From the IMG/VR virus record IMGVR_UViG_3300029823_000002, positions 1-47,238 of that record: DNA of 47,238 nucleotides; one strand, given 5' to 3'. This document shows, one piece after another, positions 1 to 10,054 of this stretch. The stretch is from a virus. Its lineage: Duplodnaviria > Caudoviricetes. Each line of letters begins with the position of its first letter. The stretch's first letter is position 1. A program made the translations under genes and the position numbers. The notes beneath the pieces were generated by a model that ran no database searches, was not told the DNA's origin, and saw only the letters and a program-made list of their open reading frames with translations.

Positions 1-86
1 CATTATACATGTTGTTGACTTGATCGTTTGACCAGAACTGCCAATTAGGATCGAGACGCTGTTGAAGTCCTTCGGTATACTGTTTT
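1..86. repeat. Terminal direct repeat (assembly circularisation overlap), copy 1
   Basis: Bases 1-86 are identical to 47153-47238, and a CDS reads in frame across the junction. Confidence 0.97.
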
Positions 87-328
87 TGCCATTGATTCAA
101 TTGAGGATTTAAGGCGTTTTGCTGAAACCATTGCATGTTCTGTTTCATTTCTGGTGTCATGTGATCTTGATAGGAATAGGTTTCATCTTCTTTTTGTTTT
201 CCCGGTATCAATGCATTAAGTGCTGTTGCCCACAGGCCAACGCCGGGAAGGTACTGCGTCCACTTGGGTAAAAACGTTTGAGGCTCATAACTCTGATTGT
301 TCGTTTGTCCATAACTAGATTTAGCCAT
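1..328 (-). CDS. 5' part of a putative DNA ejection/pilot protein spanning the circular junction (about 247 aa in total)
   Basis: ATG at 328 with GGAGGTG RBS. Frame is open (MAKSSYGQTNNQSYEPQ...) into MYNAWQ of ORF 46737..47162. Gln/Asn-rich and located among tail/ejection genes. Confidence 0.7.
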   Translation of the reverse strand, partial: MAKSSYGQTNNQSYEPQTFLPKWTQYLPGVGLWATALNALIPGKQKEDETYSYQDHMTPEMKQNMQWFQQNALNPQLNQWQKQYTEGLQQRLDPNWQFWSNDQVNNMYN

Positions 329-356
329 TGAATCACCTCCCTAGTATTCAATAAGA

Positions 357-1103
357 TCACCGCCACTTGCCAGCCAGGATCGCGTGATATGCCACTGTGC
401 CGGTTCGATCTACGCCGGATTGGTTATATATTTTGACGGCAATCGTGGTTGCGGTGACTGAGGCCCCGACCTGACTACACGCACCAGCCGGGGTTCTGGT
501 CAGGTTTACCGCCGACATAGGGACTGCCGTAAACGCTACGGGCAGAGCGCGGGCAGGTGTTTCGTGGATAGAGTTGTTCGCAATGGTTATTGAGGCACTG
601 TAAGAGGTAGCGCACTGTTGACGATCCCCGTTCCTGATCCAAGCACCTTGCGCGTTTTCGCCGGACTCATCCCCGCCCTCGCCGCAATTAATGATACGCC
701 ACGACGTTGAGTTGACCCGGTAAATTGAGCCGATAATGCGTTCGGATTTATTGAAATAATAACCTTGTTTGGAGGAATTGTATCCAGACCATTGAAAACA
801 GGGATCGGTTGGACGCTCTGAAATTGTTCCCGTTGCTTCGCGTGTCGCAATATTCCCCAGGTTGTTTATTACAACATATTGCCATTTCGCGATAGGTGAA
901 ACAGTAACTTTAGTTTCCGTGGCTTTTTCCACGCAATGATCGGCACCATTGTTCACATGACATATCCCGCTAGTTACGCGAATATCGTCTGCGTCAGCGT
1001 AGAAAATATTGAGTCCGATTTTGCGGCCAACGAGTAATTTAAGCATTGCGTTTTGTTTTTGTAATTTATATAATTCTTGTCCGTCTTTTGTTTTTACATC
1101 CAA
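357..1103 (-). CDS. Putative tail fibre / receptor-binding protein
   Basis: AAAGGAGG RBS, beta-rich sequence, C-terminal 'ENAQGAWIR..G..Q.C...LPVAFTAVP...AILAGKWR' typical of tail-fibre end domains, tail module position. Confidence 0.65.
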   Translation of the reverse strand: MDVKTKDGQELYKLQKQNAMLKLLVGRKIGLNIFYADADDIRVTSGICHVNNGADHCVEKATETKVTVSPIAKWQYVVINNLGNIATREATGTISERPTDPCFQWSGYNSSKQGYYFNKSERIIGSIYRVNSTSWRIINCGEGGDESGENAQGAWIRNGDRQQCATSYSASITIANNSIHETPARALPVAFTAVPMSAVNLTRTPAGACSQVGASVTATTIAVKIYNQSGVDRTGTVAYHAILAGKWR

Positions 1104-1115
1104 TTAAAAACCTCC

Positions 1116-1144
1116 TTTACAATTAAAGTGGCATATAGTATACT
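1116..1144 (+). promoter_or_regulatory. sigma-A-type promoter for the counter-oriented moron gene
   Basis: TTTACA-N17-TATACT directly upstream of a GGAGGTG RBS. Confidence 0.65.
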
Positions 1145-1166
1145 GTAAATAGTGGAGGTGGATAAA

Positions 1167-1628
1167 ATGAAAAAAGTATTGGTGGTCGGTTTGGCTTTAG
1201 TGTTAACGCTGATTTGTTGCGGAGAGGTTTTGGCTGCTCCGACCATTGACTTTGAAGGCAGCGAGATAAGAATATCCGGAGAATACTTGCCGGAGAGATG
1301 GTGGACTGATACCCCTTTGGTAGATATATGGGAATGGGGCATTGGGGGAACAATCAGGATTAACATAAGGGGCCGGTTTCTGACTTGTTTCGCAAGTGTC
1401 GAAACCAAACTACTCAGCTTTACTAGAATGGGGCATAGTTGCTTGAAATGGCATCCCTTGTTGCAAGATTATTATTGGAAGGCATCGTTGGGCTTGGAAA
1501 TAAACAAATTATCTTTTGAGCTGTATTTCAATCAATATTGCTTGCATACGGTTGATGGGTTCGTATACTTGAATGAAGCCTCAAATCAATACAATGGTTT
1601 TGGCGGCTCGCTAACGCTAAAACTTTAA
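1167..1628 (+). CDS. Secreted beta-strand-rich protein (moron), possible small outer-membrane beta-barrel
   Basis: Signal peptide MKKVLVVGLALVLTLICCGEVLA, alternating hydrophobic strands, C-terminal GFGGSLTLKL, own promoter, opposite strand within the tail operon. Confidence 0.6.
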   Translation: MKKVLVVGLALVLTLICCGEVLAAPTIDFEGSEIRISGEYLPERWWTDTPLVDIWEWGIGGTIRINIRGRFLTCFASVETKLLSFTRMGHSCLKWHPLLQDYYWKASLGLEINKLSFELYFNQYCLHTVDGFVYLNEASNQYNGFGGSLTLKL

Positions 1629-2350
1629 TCGCTGATTTTTTCAAAGGTGATGGCGCACCCGGAGAGTTTGACGATAGGACCAGCCGTGCTTTTTTTTACT
1701 CTTAAATCCAATGCGTCATCACCGTCCACTGGCACGATGTCCGAAATAGAAACAGCACCTCGCGAGCCGGGGAGATACATGAAGGATTCTGTGGTGTGAT
1801 GCGGAGAACCATTTTTAAAAATTTGAACGGTTTGCACATTGCCGCCATCACCGCCTTCATGTGCGGTAAAGCTACCCGTTGCCGTCACCCTATAGTATCC
1901 CGCAGGCGGAATATACTGATAAGTGGCAGTATCAAAGTGGCCGCCAACGTCAAACGTTTCTGTGTCGAAATTAACTATTGTCGCGGTTGTGGTAAGTGTT
2001 TGAGGTGTTGACATTGTTACTCTTGCAATCGGTTTCGCGGCCACTAAATCAGCAATAGACTTGGCTGGTGCGGTAATACAGTCTTCTTTGCCTGTAATTG
2101 CTTTAATCATGTAGCCGATATTGTTTAAGTGGTCTTGAAGCATTCCTGTTTTTGAAGTTGGTGCGGTCATATCGTCCATTAATCTGGTACCGATCTTTAT
2201 GTCGGTAGCTGCGCCATTTACAATCTTAGAAGCAGGAACAGAGTTGACAGCCAATCTTTCTTCTGTTACCCAACCTGCGGCGCATATCTCCTGAAAGTTT
2301 GCGTCTATCTTGGTAACATCGACTTGTTGTTCGGGATAAAGTCTGTTCAT
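1625..2350 (-). CDS. Tail fibre/spike protein with C1q-like C-terminal domain
   Basis: C-terminal 'VNFDTETFDVGGHFD...YIPPAGYYRVTA...IFKNG' C1q/TNF-like pattern, tail module position. Confidence 0.65.
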   Translation of the reverse strand: MNRLYPEQQVDVTKIDANFQEICAAGWVTEERLAVNSVPASKIVNGAATDIKIGTRLMDDMTAPTSKTGMLQDHLNNIGYMIKAITGKEDCITAPAKSIADLVAAKPIARVTMSTPQTLTTTATIVNFDTETFDVGGHFDTATYQYIPPAGYYRVTATGSFTAHEGGDGGNVQTVQIFKNGSPHHTTESFMYLPGSRGAVSISDIVPVDGDDALDLRVKKSTAGPIVKLSGCAITFEKISD

Positions 2351-2354
2351 GTTA

Positions 2355-4220
2355 TCACCTCGGTCTTAACTGAATGCCCTCTGCTGTGAGGGAATTAATA
2401 GACACCTTGGATTTGCCTGTGGTGTTAAGTTTAAACTGAAAGGAATTTCCGTAAAGGGAAGTTCCTTTTTGCATTGGCCCATATTTGAGTGTTGGCCAAA
2501 CGCTTAATTCACCCCATGTGTAATTAGACCATTCTTCCCACGTGACGTTAGGGTTCTCAAACACAAAGTCAGTTTCAGAACTTGCATCACAAACTACATT
2601 TAATCCGATGTCAGAACCTTCGCTTCTTGCTTGCAAGGTGATCCACCTGATCATGTTTTGCCCGTCACGGTATATTTCGGAAGTGGTTGCGGAGGAGAAG
2701 ATGTCAAGGGCGCAAGGAATTGTGCTTTGCCCCGGAAACCAATCGGTCGGCTCATCTCCTAATTCGAGTTGAGCGGCATCAAAGTATGAACCGGCGAACC
2801 CAACCGAAATCGTGATTTGGGTGACAGCGGAGCTGGCGATGAAAGGAACAGAAAACCTTTGCCATGTATTGTTACCCGTGAATTGCTTGCTTTCCGCTCC
2901 GGAAACAACTATGGAAAACGTGCCTTCCGATTTGGCGTAAACACTAAAACAGTAAGTGGAGTTTATGGCTGTGTTTACGGTTGCTATTATGCTACACCTG
3001 TAAATCATCTGGCAACTTGCTCCTTGGTAAGAGCCCGAAGACAGCGAGGCGGTCATACCGGACTTTTCCCATCCATCAGCCACTCCGTCCGCATCAGAGT
3101 CAACATCAAACGTGGACTGATTCTCTGTCAAAAGGTTCTTGATATAGCCATCCTTTGATTCATCGTGCACTCCGGTTTCTTCGTGCCATATGATACCGTC
3201 AATCGAATCACCTGAATAAAGGTTGCGATCATCTTCAAAGGTATAGAACACTGATACGGTTTTGCCTGTATCTTCCGACCACTGTAAAGTTGCAAGATCG
3301 CATACAAATACGCGGTGATTGTCTGATTCTGTCGGAGTAGTCTTGACTGCTAGAAATAGGTTATTGTCATAAACCGCAGCGCAGGCAAGGTTTAATGTGC
3401 CGCCTTTGATCTCATTCCATATCGGTAAAGAGATGTTTTGCAAACCATTCGATAGCTTCATCACGCCATCATTTGACAGGAAGTAAATAGAGTCACCATC
3501 GGTGCATATTGTTTTAGGCGCAATGCATCCAACACCTTCATAAAGTTTTGTCCAGCGATCCTCTTCCGGTACGGTTCCTAAAAGGGAATGGATTTGATGC
3601 TTCTTAAAGACAAATAAGTTACCGCCCATGGAGAACATGCCCGTAATCTCATCGTTGTCGGAGTCGTGCAGGTCATTGTAATCATCGAGTGTATTCCATG
3701 ATTCAAAGTCGTTTATGCCTGACCAATACACTCTTGAACTATGGCCGGTGACATTAGCGGTGAATAAGATTGAACCAACATTTGCTCCATGCAAACAAAG
3801 GTATTTTCCTTTAGGTGGGGTGCCGCCAACATCTGCGGTTGTAGTGCCATCTGTCTTTTTGAAGTCGGTGCCATTCGCCAACAGCACATTGCCCTTCCAT
3901 ACAATCTGAGAGGCATCGGCGTTTGTTATATCGGCAAGGTCGGTAGCTACACCCGAAGTAGTTACCTTCTTCCACTTCGTCCCGTGAGCAACAAATAGAT
4001 AAGGAATAGAGCTGATTGTACTTCCTGTTATTGATCTGACTTTGCCTTCTCCCCAAGTGTCATTTATTCTCCTGCGCCCAGGTCGTGTCGTCAAGGATAA
4101 GCGATTGCCGTCTGAATACGAACGCCAATTCTTTAGTTCAACAAATTCGCCCTCTTTGAGATTGGAAGGATCGTCAGCCACATTCAAGCCACCAAACTTC
4201 TTGATTTCAATTAGCTTCAT
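2355..4220 (-). CDS. Tail tubular/stabilisation protein (P22 gp10 / T7 gp12-like nozzle) with an inserted carbohydrate-binding-like domain
   Basis: N-terminal 'FGGLN..D....L...E.....N', 'RPG', beta-propeller-type segments ('VYWS..ND.ESW', 'GVGCIAP.TI'), follows the adaptor gene. Confidence 0.75.
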   Translation of the reverse strand: MKLIEIKKFGGLNVADDPSNLKEGEFVELKNWRSYSDGNRLSLTTRPGRRRINDTWGEGKVRSITGSTISSIPYLFVAHGTKWKKVTTSGVATDLADITNADASQIVWKGNVLLANGTDFKKTDGTTTADVGGTPPKGKYLCLHGANVGSILFTANVTGHSSRVYWSGINDFESWNTLDDYNDLHDSDNDEITGMFSMGGNLFVFKKHQIHSLLGTVPEEDRWTKLYEGVGCIAPKTICTDGDSIYFLSNDGVMKLSNGLQNISLPIWNEIKGGTLNLACAAVYDNNLFLAVKTTPTESDNHRVFVCDLATLQWSEDTGKTVSVFYTFEDDRNLYSGDSIDGIIWHEETGVHDESKDGYIKNLLTENQSTFDVDSDADGVADGWEKSGMTASLSSGSYQGASCQMIYRCSIIATVNTAINSTYCFSVYAKSEGTFSIVVSGAESKQFTGNNTWQRFSVPFIASSAVTQITISVGFAGSYFDAAQLELGDEPTDWFPGQSTIPCALDIFSSATTSEIYRDGQNMIRWITLQARSEGSDIGLNVVCDASSETDFVFENPNVTWEEWSNYTWGELSVWPTLKYGPMQKGTSLYGNSFQFKLNTTGKSKVSINSLTAEGIQLRPR

Positions 4221-4834
4221 CCGATCACATCCAATATGTCATTTTGGTTGTGCCACATCGCCGCACGACATCTTCTGACAGCTTCATTGAATTCGCGTTC
4301 GTGGAAGTCGGCGGCGGTCATAGTTTCAGTGAGTGCGCCCCTGTCCGATCTCATGATCTGATAAGCGGCGTAATTAGCTAAAGCTTCATGGAATTCTTCC
4401 GGAATTTCCGGCACATCATCATCTGCTGACAATTCGGCAGGTTTCTTGTAATATACAATCTTCAACTCTTTGGCTGAGTCCGGAACAGGATATAGGCATA
4501 TTTGACCGTTGTTAAAATAAAAGCTTGTGGGAGATCCTGAAGTGTGCAAATAGGACTTCAAGTCCCTTGTTTCAAGGTAACTCATAGGATATAAAACATA
4601 CTTATCCCATATCACTTGATGAACATAGGGAGGGTTCAGGGAATCGGCAGGAAGAGAATAAGCGGCTGTACCCGCTACGGTCATTAAAGTAGATACATCG
4701 TGTAAGCAAAGGGTTTCACGAACGAACCTTCGCAATCCCTCATTAATTGTCCGGTTAAGTTTATCGGTTGTGGCTGTGTTGTCATCCCATAAGAAGTCTT
4801 TCTGGGCGCGAATCTTTATATCTTGGAAATTCAT
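4217..4834 (-). CDS. Head-tail adaptor protein (podovirus gp11/gp4-like)
   Basis: 'INEG.R', 'YSLPAD', 'G.P..FY...QI.LYPVPD', 'D.PEIPEEFHEAL..YAAY' motifs typical of adaptor proteins. Confidence 0.75.
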   Translation of the reverse strand: MNFQDIKIRAQKDFLWDDNTATTDKLNRTINEGLRRFVRETLCLHDVSTLMTVAGTAAYSLPADSLNPPYVHQVIWDKYVLYPMSYLETRDLKSYLHTSGSPTSFYFNNGQICLYPVPDSAKELKIVYYKKPAELSADDDVPEIPEEFHEALANYAAYQIMRSDRGALTETMTAADFHEREFNEAVRRCRAAMWHNQNDILDVIG

Positions 4835-5175
4835 GTTATCACCCGCCTTAATTCAGATAAAATGCCATCCTTTAATTCGGCGGTTGATTCCGCTTTGCGC
4901 TTCTGCCTTTCTCTTTCCGTCTTTTCGTCATCGTCATAAATCTTTCTCATGTACTCACTAAACGGAATCCTGTGATTGTCCGATGCTCTAAGGTACTTCA
5001 GCAAGCTATCATCTGGCGTGTTTGGCGTAGAACATACCCATTGTGGAATATGATCTTTAATTTGCCATACCTGAAATTCTTGTGAATCGGTTTCAAAGAA
5101 AAGACTTAGTGTAGGTTCATATTCTTTTAACCTTTGGGGCATATCGTATACATTATCTTCGATAGGAATCAGCAT
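4831..5175 (-). CDS. Hypothetical protein in the virion module
   Basis: GAGGTG RBS, 114 aa ORF, overlaps the start of the adaptor gene. Confidence 0.6.
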   Translation of the reverse strand: MLIPIEDNVYDMPQRLKEYEPTLSLFFETDSQEFQVWQIKDHIPQWVCSTPNTPDDSLLKYLRASDNHRIPFSEYMRKIYDDDEKTERERQKRKAESTAELKDGILSELRRVIT

Positions 5176-5204
5176 ATTATCACCTCAAAAAGGGGAAGGG
5201 AGAA

Positions 5205-5615
5205 TTACTCCCTTCCATCCATAGGAACATATGCAATTCGCATGATTGTTGCAGGCGTTGCGGCGGTTGCGCCATTGGTGATAGCATAAGTTAAGATTGT
5301 GCCATCCGCTAATTCGTCCTTAGTGGCATCAAGCGTCAATGTAGTGGTTTTCCCCGCGTCCGGAAAAGTTACTGTGTTGTTAAAGGTCTTGGTTGCAACC
5401 GTATTGGTGCCACTCTTTACCACCCACACGCTTGTGTTCGCAGCATCAATCCCCGCGTCATCACCATCTGCCATAATTAGGACCTCGGTGATTCTGCATT
5501 TGGGTAGTGGCATTAACCTTGTTGCGGCCTTGTCGTTCCCCGCGGTTAATGCCGCAATGCTTACCTGCAAGTACCTAACCTTTGCTTCATCGGCAATGTT
5601 TTTATTTGTAATCAT
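5205..5615 (-). CDS. Putative capsid decoration/cement protein
   Basis: Directly after the major capsid gene, Ala/Thr-rich beta protein, GGAGG RBS. Confidence 0.55.
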   Translation of the reverse strand: MITNKNIADEAKVRYLQVSIAALTAGNDKAATRLMPLPKCRITEVLIMADGDDAGIDAANTSVWVVKSGTNTVATKTFNNTVTFPDAGKTTTLTLDATKDELADGTILTYAITNGATAATPATIMRIAYVPMDGRE

Positions 5616-5656
5616 TTAAGCACCTCCAAAAGAAAGGAGGGGTTGCCCCCTCCCTA

Positions 5657-6871
5657 TTAAGCTACGGCAGAAGTATCGATGTTGAGAATGGCGAAGTTCT
5701 TGCGCGGTTCATCGCAAATGAACTGCCAACGATAGGTCATGTAGGCATCGTAAGAGGCGGTTCCATCGGTGGAGCGTTCGAGAATAGCACTGTCTTTGAG
5801 TTTCATCCAATGCGGCTCTCCGGTGTGCTTGACTTTGAAGGTCGCTTTGTCAACTCCAAACAAAGTACCATCCGGGCAATAGTGATCTACGTTGAACTCT
5901 TGACCGTCAATGGTGACAGAACCGTACCCGGTCGGCAACGCGCCGCCCGGATTGTTCCAGCGCATATCGGGCAGGAAGATCGCCGCATACGCTCTGCGCA
6001 CTTCCGGAGTAGTGATAAGATGAGTGAACTTACCGCTACGCGCTTTCATGGTGTCGGTCGCTTTCTTGTAGTCGTTGTAGGTTAATGCTTTAGTGGCCTT
6101 GTCATAAATAAGCGGCTTGAACCACTCATTGCCAACGGCGGTGCGGTCAATGCCAAAGACGGTATTGGTCTTACTTCCAACAAGAGACATAAAGCCTTCG
6201 ACCTCGGCATCCTTCTGTCCATCGAGAGTAATGACATCATTTGCGACTGTGGTCGGCAAATCTTCTGCGGTAAAATAGAAGTAGTTGATATCTTCATCAA
6301 TGGCAGAGATTACAACACTACGGGTTCCACCGACGTTATGAATATCAATATCCATACCAATGCGCAGGAACTTGGTAGTATCTACTTTCTGTTTGTGGGT
6401 TGTCCCCGCAACGGTTTCGGCTGCGGCGGCGCATTTGCACAGTTTTCCGGTATGATCACCGTAAACCTGACGGTTGACATGGAACAAAAGGGTTTCTTTG
6501 GTGTCGTTCCACTGAGTTGAAAGATAACTGGCCAAAGATTCCGCGCCCTCGCTTGTAGCTTCCACAAGATCATAATAGACCTTCATCGCGGATACCGAAC
6601 GTTTGGTTTCGAACTCGAACCCGCCGAACGACGGTTGTCCGGAGGTCGGAAGGGGTGAGTTGTACGCGGCAAGGGTTTTATAAGATTCATTCTTCTTGTT
6701 CTTGTTGGTGATACGTCCCTTGCCCATCAAAATGCCCTTACTATCTTTGCCAAAGGTTTTCCATGCCCAAAATTCATTCTCAAAGTATTTCTTAATATCC
6801 GGTTCAAACTGAGTCTTCATCAGACCCTCGATGGCAGTTCCGGTTTGCCAAGACGCTTCATAATTTCCCAT
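5657..6871 (-). CDS. Major capsid protein
   Basis: 404 aa after the scaffold, with 'RQVYGD.TG.L', 'G..SL......FGIDR', 'D.YCPDG..F..D' patterns, followed by a terminator hairpin. Confidence 0.85.
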   Translation of the reverse strand: MGNYEASWQTGTAIEGLMKTQFEPDIKKYFENEFWAWKTFGKDSKGILMGKGRITNKNKKNESYKTLAAYNSPLPTSGQPSFGGFEFETKRSVSAMKVYYDLVEATSEGAESLASYLSTQWNDTKETLLFHVNRQVYGDHTGKLCKCAAAAETVAGTTHKQKVDTTKFLRIGMDIDIHNVGGTRSVVISAIDEDINYFYFTAEDLPTTVANDVITLDGQKDAEVEGFMSLVGSKTNTVFGIDRTAVGNEWFKPLIYDKATKALTYNDYKKATDTMKARSGKFTHLITTPEVRRAYAAIFLPDMRWNNPGGALPTGYGSVTIDGQEFNVDHYCPDGTLFGVDKATFKVKHTGEPHWMKLKDSAILERSTDGTASYDAYMTYRWQFICDEPRKNFAILNIDTSAVA

Positions 6872-6885
6872 GCGGGATCATCTCC

Positions 6886-7590
6886 TTATCCTTTAGTAGC
6901 ATTGAGGTATTCAAGAATTGATTCTTCTGTTACGGGTTTGTCTGCGGGTAGATTAGAGGGGGTTTGACTTGATCCAATCGGCGAAGGTAAAGCGGATCGT
7001 TTAGCGGCTTCGGCATTATACTTTTGGATCGCCAGTTGTTCAAGCGCATCCAAGCCTTTGGTTTCAGCAAGATAAGCACCCCAGCCGCTTTCGATTTCTT
7101 CCGGAGCATAACCGCGTTTGGCCATGTAAGAAGAAACTTTATTCCAATCCTCTTTTTGCGCATCAGGAAACTTGTTGTATAACCGTTGCTGTGCAGCTTG
7201 AACGTTTTGTTTGGACATTTGCACTGCCAACGAATTAGCAAGAGCCAATGCCTGTTTTGCAACGGGATCGCTGTACGGCTGCTGATACTGATCGGTTTCC
7301 ATCTGCTGCCTTTCCGCTTCTTGCAAAGCGGCCACGGCAACCTCGACCGCGTTTGCGCCATACTTCTTAACAAAGTCTTTCATTGGCGCATAGGTCGTGG
7401 TCAAGTTCTCGTAGTCCTTGCCTTTTTGGATCAAAGATGGTAAATCGGGGTGATCATAGGGAATGACTTCTTCTTGTCCGGCATACTTGATTTTGATGCC
7501 TTGGGGTTCCTGCGGGGTTTGCGGAACTTGAGTCTGTTGCTGAGTCGGTTCAACGTTTGGTTCAACATTAGGGGTAATTCCATCGGTCAT
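6886..7590 (-). CDS. Capsid scaffolding protein
   Basis: Between portal and capsid, low-complexity N-terminus, 'KY.GQEE.....L....QKGKDY' motif. Confidence 0.75.
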   Translation of the reverse strand: MTDGITPNVEPNVEPTQQQTQVPQTPQEPQGIKIKYAGQEEVIPYDHPDLPSLIQKGKDYENLTTTYAPMKDFVKKYGANAVEVAVAALQEAERQQMETDQYQQPYSDPVAKQALALANSLAVQMSKQNVQAAQQRLYNKFPDAQKEDWNKVSSYMAKRGYAPEEIESGWGAYLAETKGLDALEQLAIQKYNAEAAKRSALPSPIGSSQTPSNLPADKPVTEESILEYLNATKG

Positions 7591-7668
7591 AAATATCTCT
7601 CCTTCGCCCGTTTTTGGGCATAAAAAATACGCCTTGGTTTGGCGTTCAGTAAAGGCTAATGCCTTTGC

Positions 7669-9654
7669 TTACATTGAGGGTGGAACTTGTTCCGCTTCGA
7701 TAGGAGGTTTTGCCCCCATCATCTTAGGCGGCGGTTCCTGCGGCGGTGGCATACCGGGGCGCGGAGGAATCTGCATAGGCGGTTTCCCCTGCTGTTCAAG
7801 CATTTTGTTTTGTTCGGATATTTGCTGTACTTGCATATGCCACTTAAAGACTTCAAAATAAGGGTCTGGCTCATAGATGCAATGATCCTGATAGTGTTGA
7901 AGGAATATCTGCTGGACTTCTTCAGGCTTACCTTTAAACTCCGCCCTGTCCATGATGTTTCTGTGTTCTCTTTTATGGATCTTGTGTTCCTCGTAGTACT
8001 TAACTTCAACCGGAATCATGTTGTCCATTTGTCTATTTTCTTCTTGTGCTGCGTTCATCACGATATACGCGGAATCGTATGCTTGTTCCGGTTCGATAAT
8101 ATCAAGCTGTTTGGAAAGGATCGTCCTCATGACCGGATCAAATTTGTCGCTGTAGAATCCTATCCCAGCAAGTTCCATGACTTGCTGTCTGACAAGCGCA
8201 GGTGACTTCGCCATCTCAGTACCAGGCTTTACCCTGACATCATAGGAGCGAATATCATTCGCCATAAAATCTCTTACCTGTACTTGATTGTTTCTGCCGA
8301 TTACCTTTATTGCGCGTTTCTCAAGGTAGTTGGCCGCGCAATAATGCAAGATCATTTTCCACACTTCCACCATGCCATAAGCTATATTAGAAGCTGTGGG
8401 AGCAATTTGGGAATCATCTTGTTCCTGAAGCATTTGAATAGCGGCGGCGGCTCGGACTCCTGGAGGGGTCTGCCCCTTGGACACTTCATGTTGTGCAGAA
8501 ATGTCACTCATTGCAACGGATGTCTGCTCAAGAATGAAGGTTTCAGAAGGTGGAGGTTGTGGGAAAGTCGGCACGGTTGGAGGTTTGAATCCGGGTTTAT
8601 ACTCAAGGACTTCGCCCGGTCTACCTGTGATCCGCTTAATATCTATTGTGCCTTCTTCAATCATTAAGGGAGGATAACCTAACCTGCGATTGTTCTCGAT
8701 CATTCTCGATAGGGTTCTGTTATGAACCTTCTGCAAAGGAATGATCTGACCAACGATTGACATGCCCCAAAAGTCACCCGGGATCGTTACGTGTCTGAAA
8801 AACACATATGGTATAAATCCATGCGGATTCTTCTGAGTGCAGGTGGGGTTAACATTGTCATAAACGATTGTATCTCCAGCTTTAACGATATACCTTCCTT
8901 GTGGGTAATCCTTGTAAGGGAGCATCCATAATTCCTTGATCTTCACAAAACCCTTGATGTCGTTTTGGGGTTCAAATGTGTTGAATCCTTCAAGGAGTGA
9001 AACTGTGTTTTCGGGTTTAATCTCAATGCCCCATCGATCAAAGACTTCTGTTGCACTCATCGCCCATTCCCTGCCACACCATTTCATTTCTTCAGGGGTT
9101 AAAGCGGAGGGGTCAGGGCGCATCTGTGGAGTCGGAATTGACATCACTTCAACATCGCCTATTCCCCTGCCATTTAACATCTGACTTGATTCTACATCGG
9201 GAACCCATCCATCTTTGTTGGGATTCCAAAACACTCCTAGAACACCTGTGCCAACGGTTACGAGCCAATCATACATGTGCTTCCGTTGCATAGGTAAAGA
9301 AAGATCATACTCGTAATGTTCAAGAAGTTGGGAACAGGCTTTGGCGGCGTTAATATCTTCTTCATCTTGGGAGGATGCTTTGACTTCAGGAACAGGCTTA
9401 TTCTTTTCAAGTTTAGCTTTCTCGGTACGGTAGATCGGGAAGATTCGGTTGTCTGTTACCATCTCAGTATGTGAAGGGACTGTTCCCCATCTTGTTTGTG
9501 TTCCCGGCTTCAAGTCAAGTATTCTGCCGTCATACCTTACTGCCCACTGTTTGCCCTTGATAAAAGCGCGGTTATCTTCCCATTCGTTGATTCGAGAAGT
9601 TATATCGGCTTCGGAAAACTTTTCTTCAATAAGGGTACTTGCATCTGATTTCAT
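7669..9654 (-). CDS. Portal protein (P22-like)
   Basis: 661 aa, 'G.QW', 'N.I.P', 'PYV.F....PG.FWG.S.V....P.Q...N', Pro-rich C-terminal tail. Confidence 0.88.
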   Translation of the reverse strand: MKSDASTLIEEKFSEADITSRINEWEDNRAFIKGKQWAVRYDGRILDLKPGTQTRWGTVPSHTEMVTDNRIFPIYRTEKAKLEKNKPVPEVKASSQDEEDINAAKACSQLLEHYEYDLSLPMQRKHMYDWLVTVGTGVLGVFWNPNKDGWVPDVESSQMLNGRGIGDVEVMSIPTPQMRPDPSALTPEEMKWCGREWAMSATEVFDRWGIEIKPENTVSLLEGFNTFEPQNDIKGFVKIKELWMLPYKDYPQGRYIVKAGDTIVYDNVNPTCTQKNPHGFIPYVFFRHVTIPGDFWGMSIVGQIIPLQKVHNRTLSRMIENNRRLGYPPLMIEEGTIDIKRITGRPGEVLEYKPGFKPPTVPTFPQPPPSETFILEQTSVAMSDISAQHEVSKGQTPPGVRAAAAIQMLQEQDDSQIAPTASNIAYGMVEVWKMILHYCAANYLEKRAIKVIGRNNQVQVRDFMANDIRSYDVRVKPGTEMAKSPALVRQQVMELAGIGFYSDKFDPVMRTILSKQLDIIEPEQAYDSAYIVMNAAQEENRQMDNMIPVEVKYYEEHKIHKREHRNIMDRAEFKGKPEEVQQIFLQHYQDHCIYEPDPYFEVFKWHMQVQQISEQNKMLEQQGKPPMQIPPRPGMPPPQEPPPKMMGAKPPIEAEQVPPSM

Positions 9655-9682
9655 CCATTCACCTCCTTACGATCTTCTTGTT

Positions 9683-10054
9683 TTACACTACCTCCATAAC
9701 CGAAACGGAAACATCGGCAGTGGCAATTGCATAAATGGGGATCGAAGATGTTGCAGAATCAAAGTTCAGGGTCATAATAACTCCGGGGTCTAGGGGAAAT
9801 CCTGTAGCGGTTGTTACCCCTGATTGCCCGATTGAAATATAAATGGGGCTTGTTTCAGCTTTTAACACTTGAATGATTATCATTTTCCTGTTGGCAAGTC
9901 TTGACGCACCTGCGAATAATTCTGCTGCGGTCGTTGATACGGTCTTTCTACCGACCGCTCCCGCTTTGCTTATCCCATGAGGTTTAACTGTATCCCAAGT
10001 TGAGTCATATGCCGGTATTCGAGCGGCGGGTATTACTCCAAAATCTTTTCCCAT
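9683..10054 (-). CDS. Small virion-associated beta protein
   Basis: ATG at 10054 with AGGAGG RBS, 'RK.IIIQ......IYI....VT..TGFPL.PG' pattern, upstream of the portal. Confidence 0.55.
   Translation of the reverse strand: MGKDFGVIPAARIPAYDSTWDTVKPHGISKAGAVGRKTVSTTAAELFAGASRLANRKMIIIQVLKAETSPIYISIGQSGVTTATGFPLDPGVIMTLNFDSATSSIPIYAIATADVSVSVMEVV

Noticed and set aside
1-86. Terminal repeat as a biological DTR or att site
   Set aside because: It falls mid-gene and the CDS reads through it, so it is best explained as an assembly overlap of a circular or permuted genome
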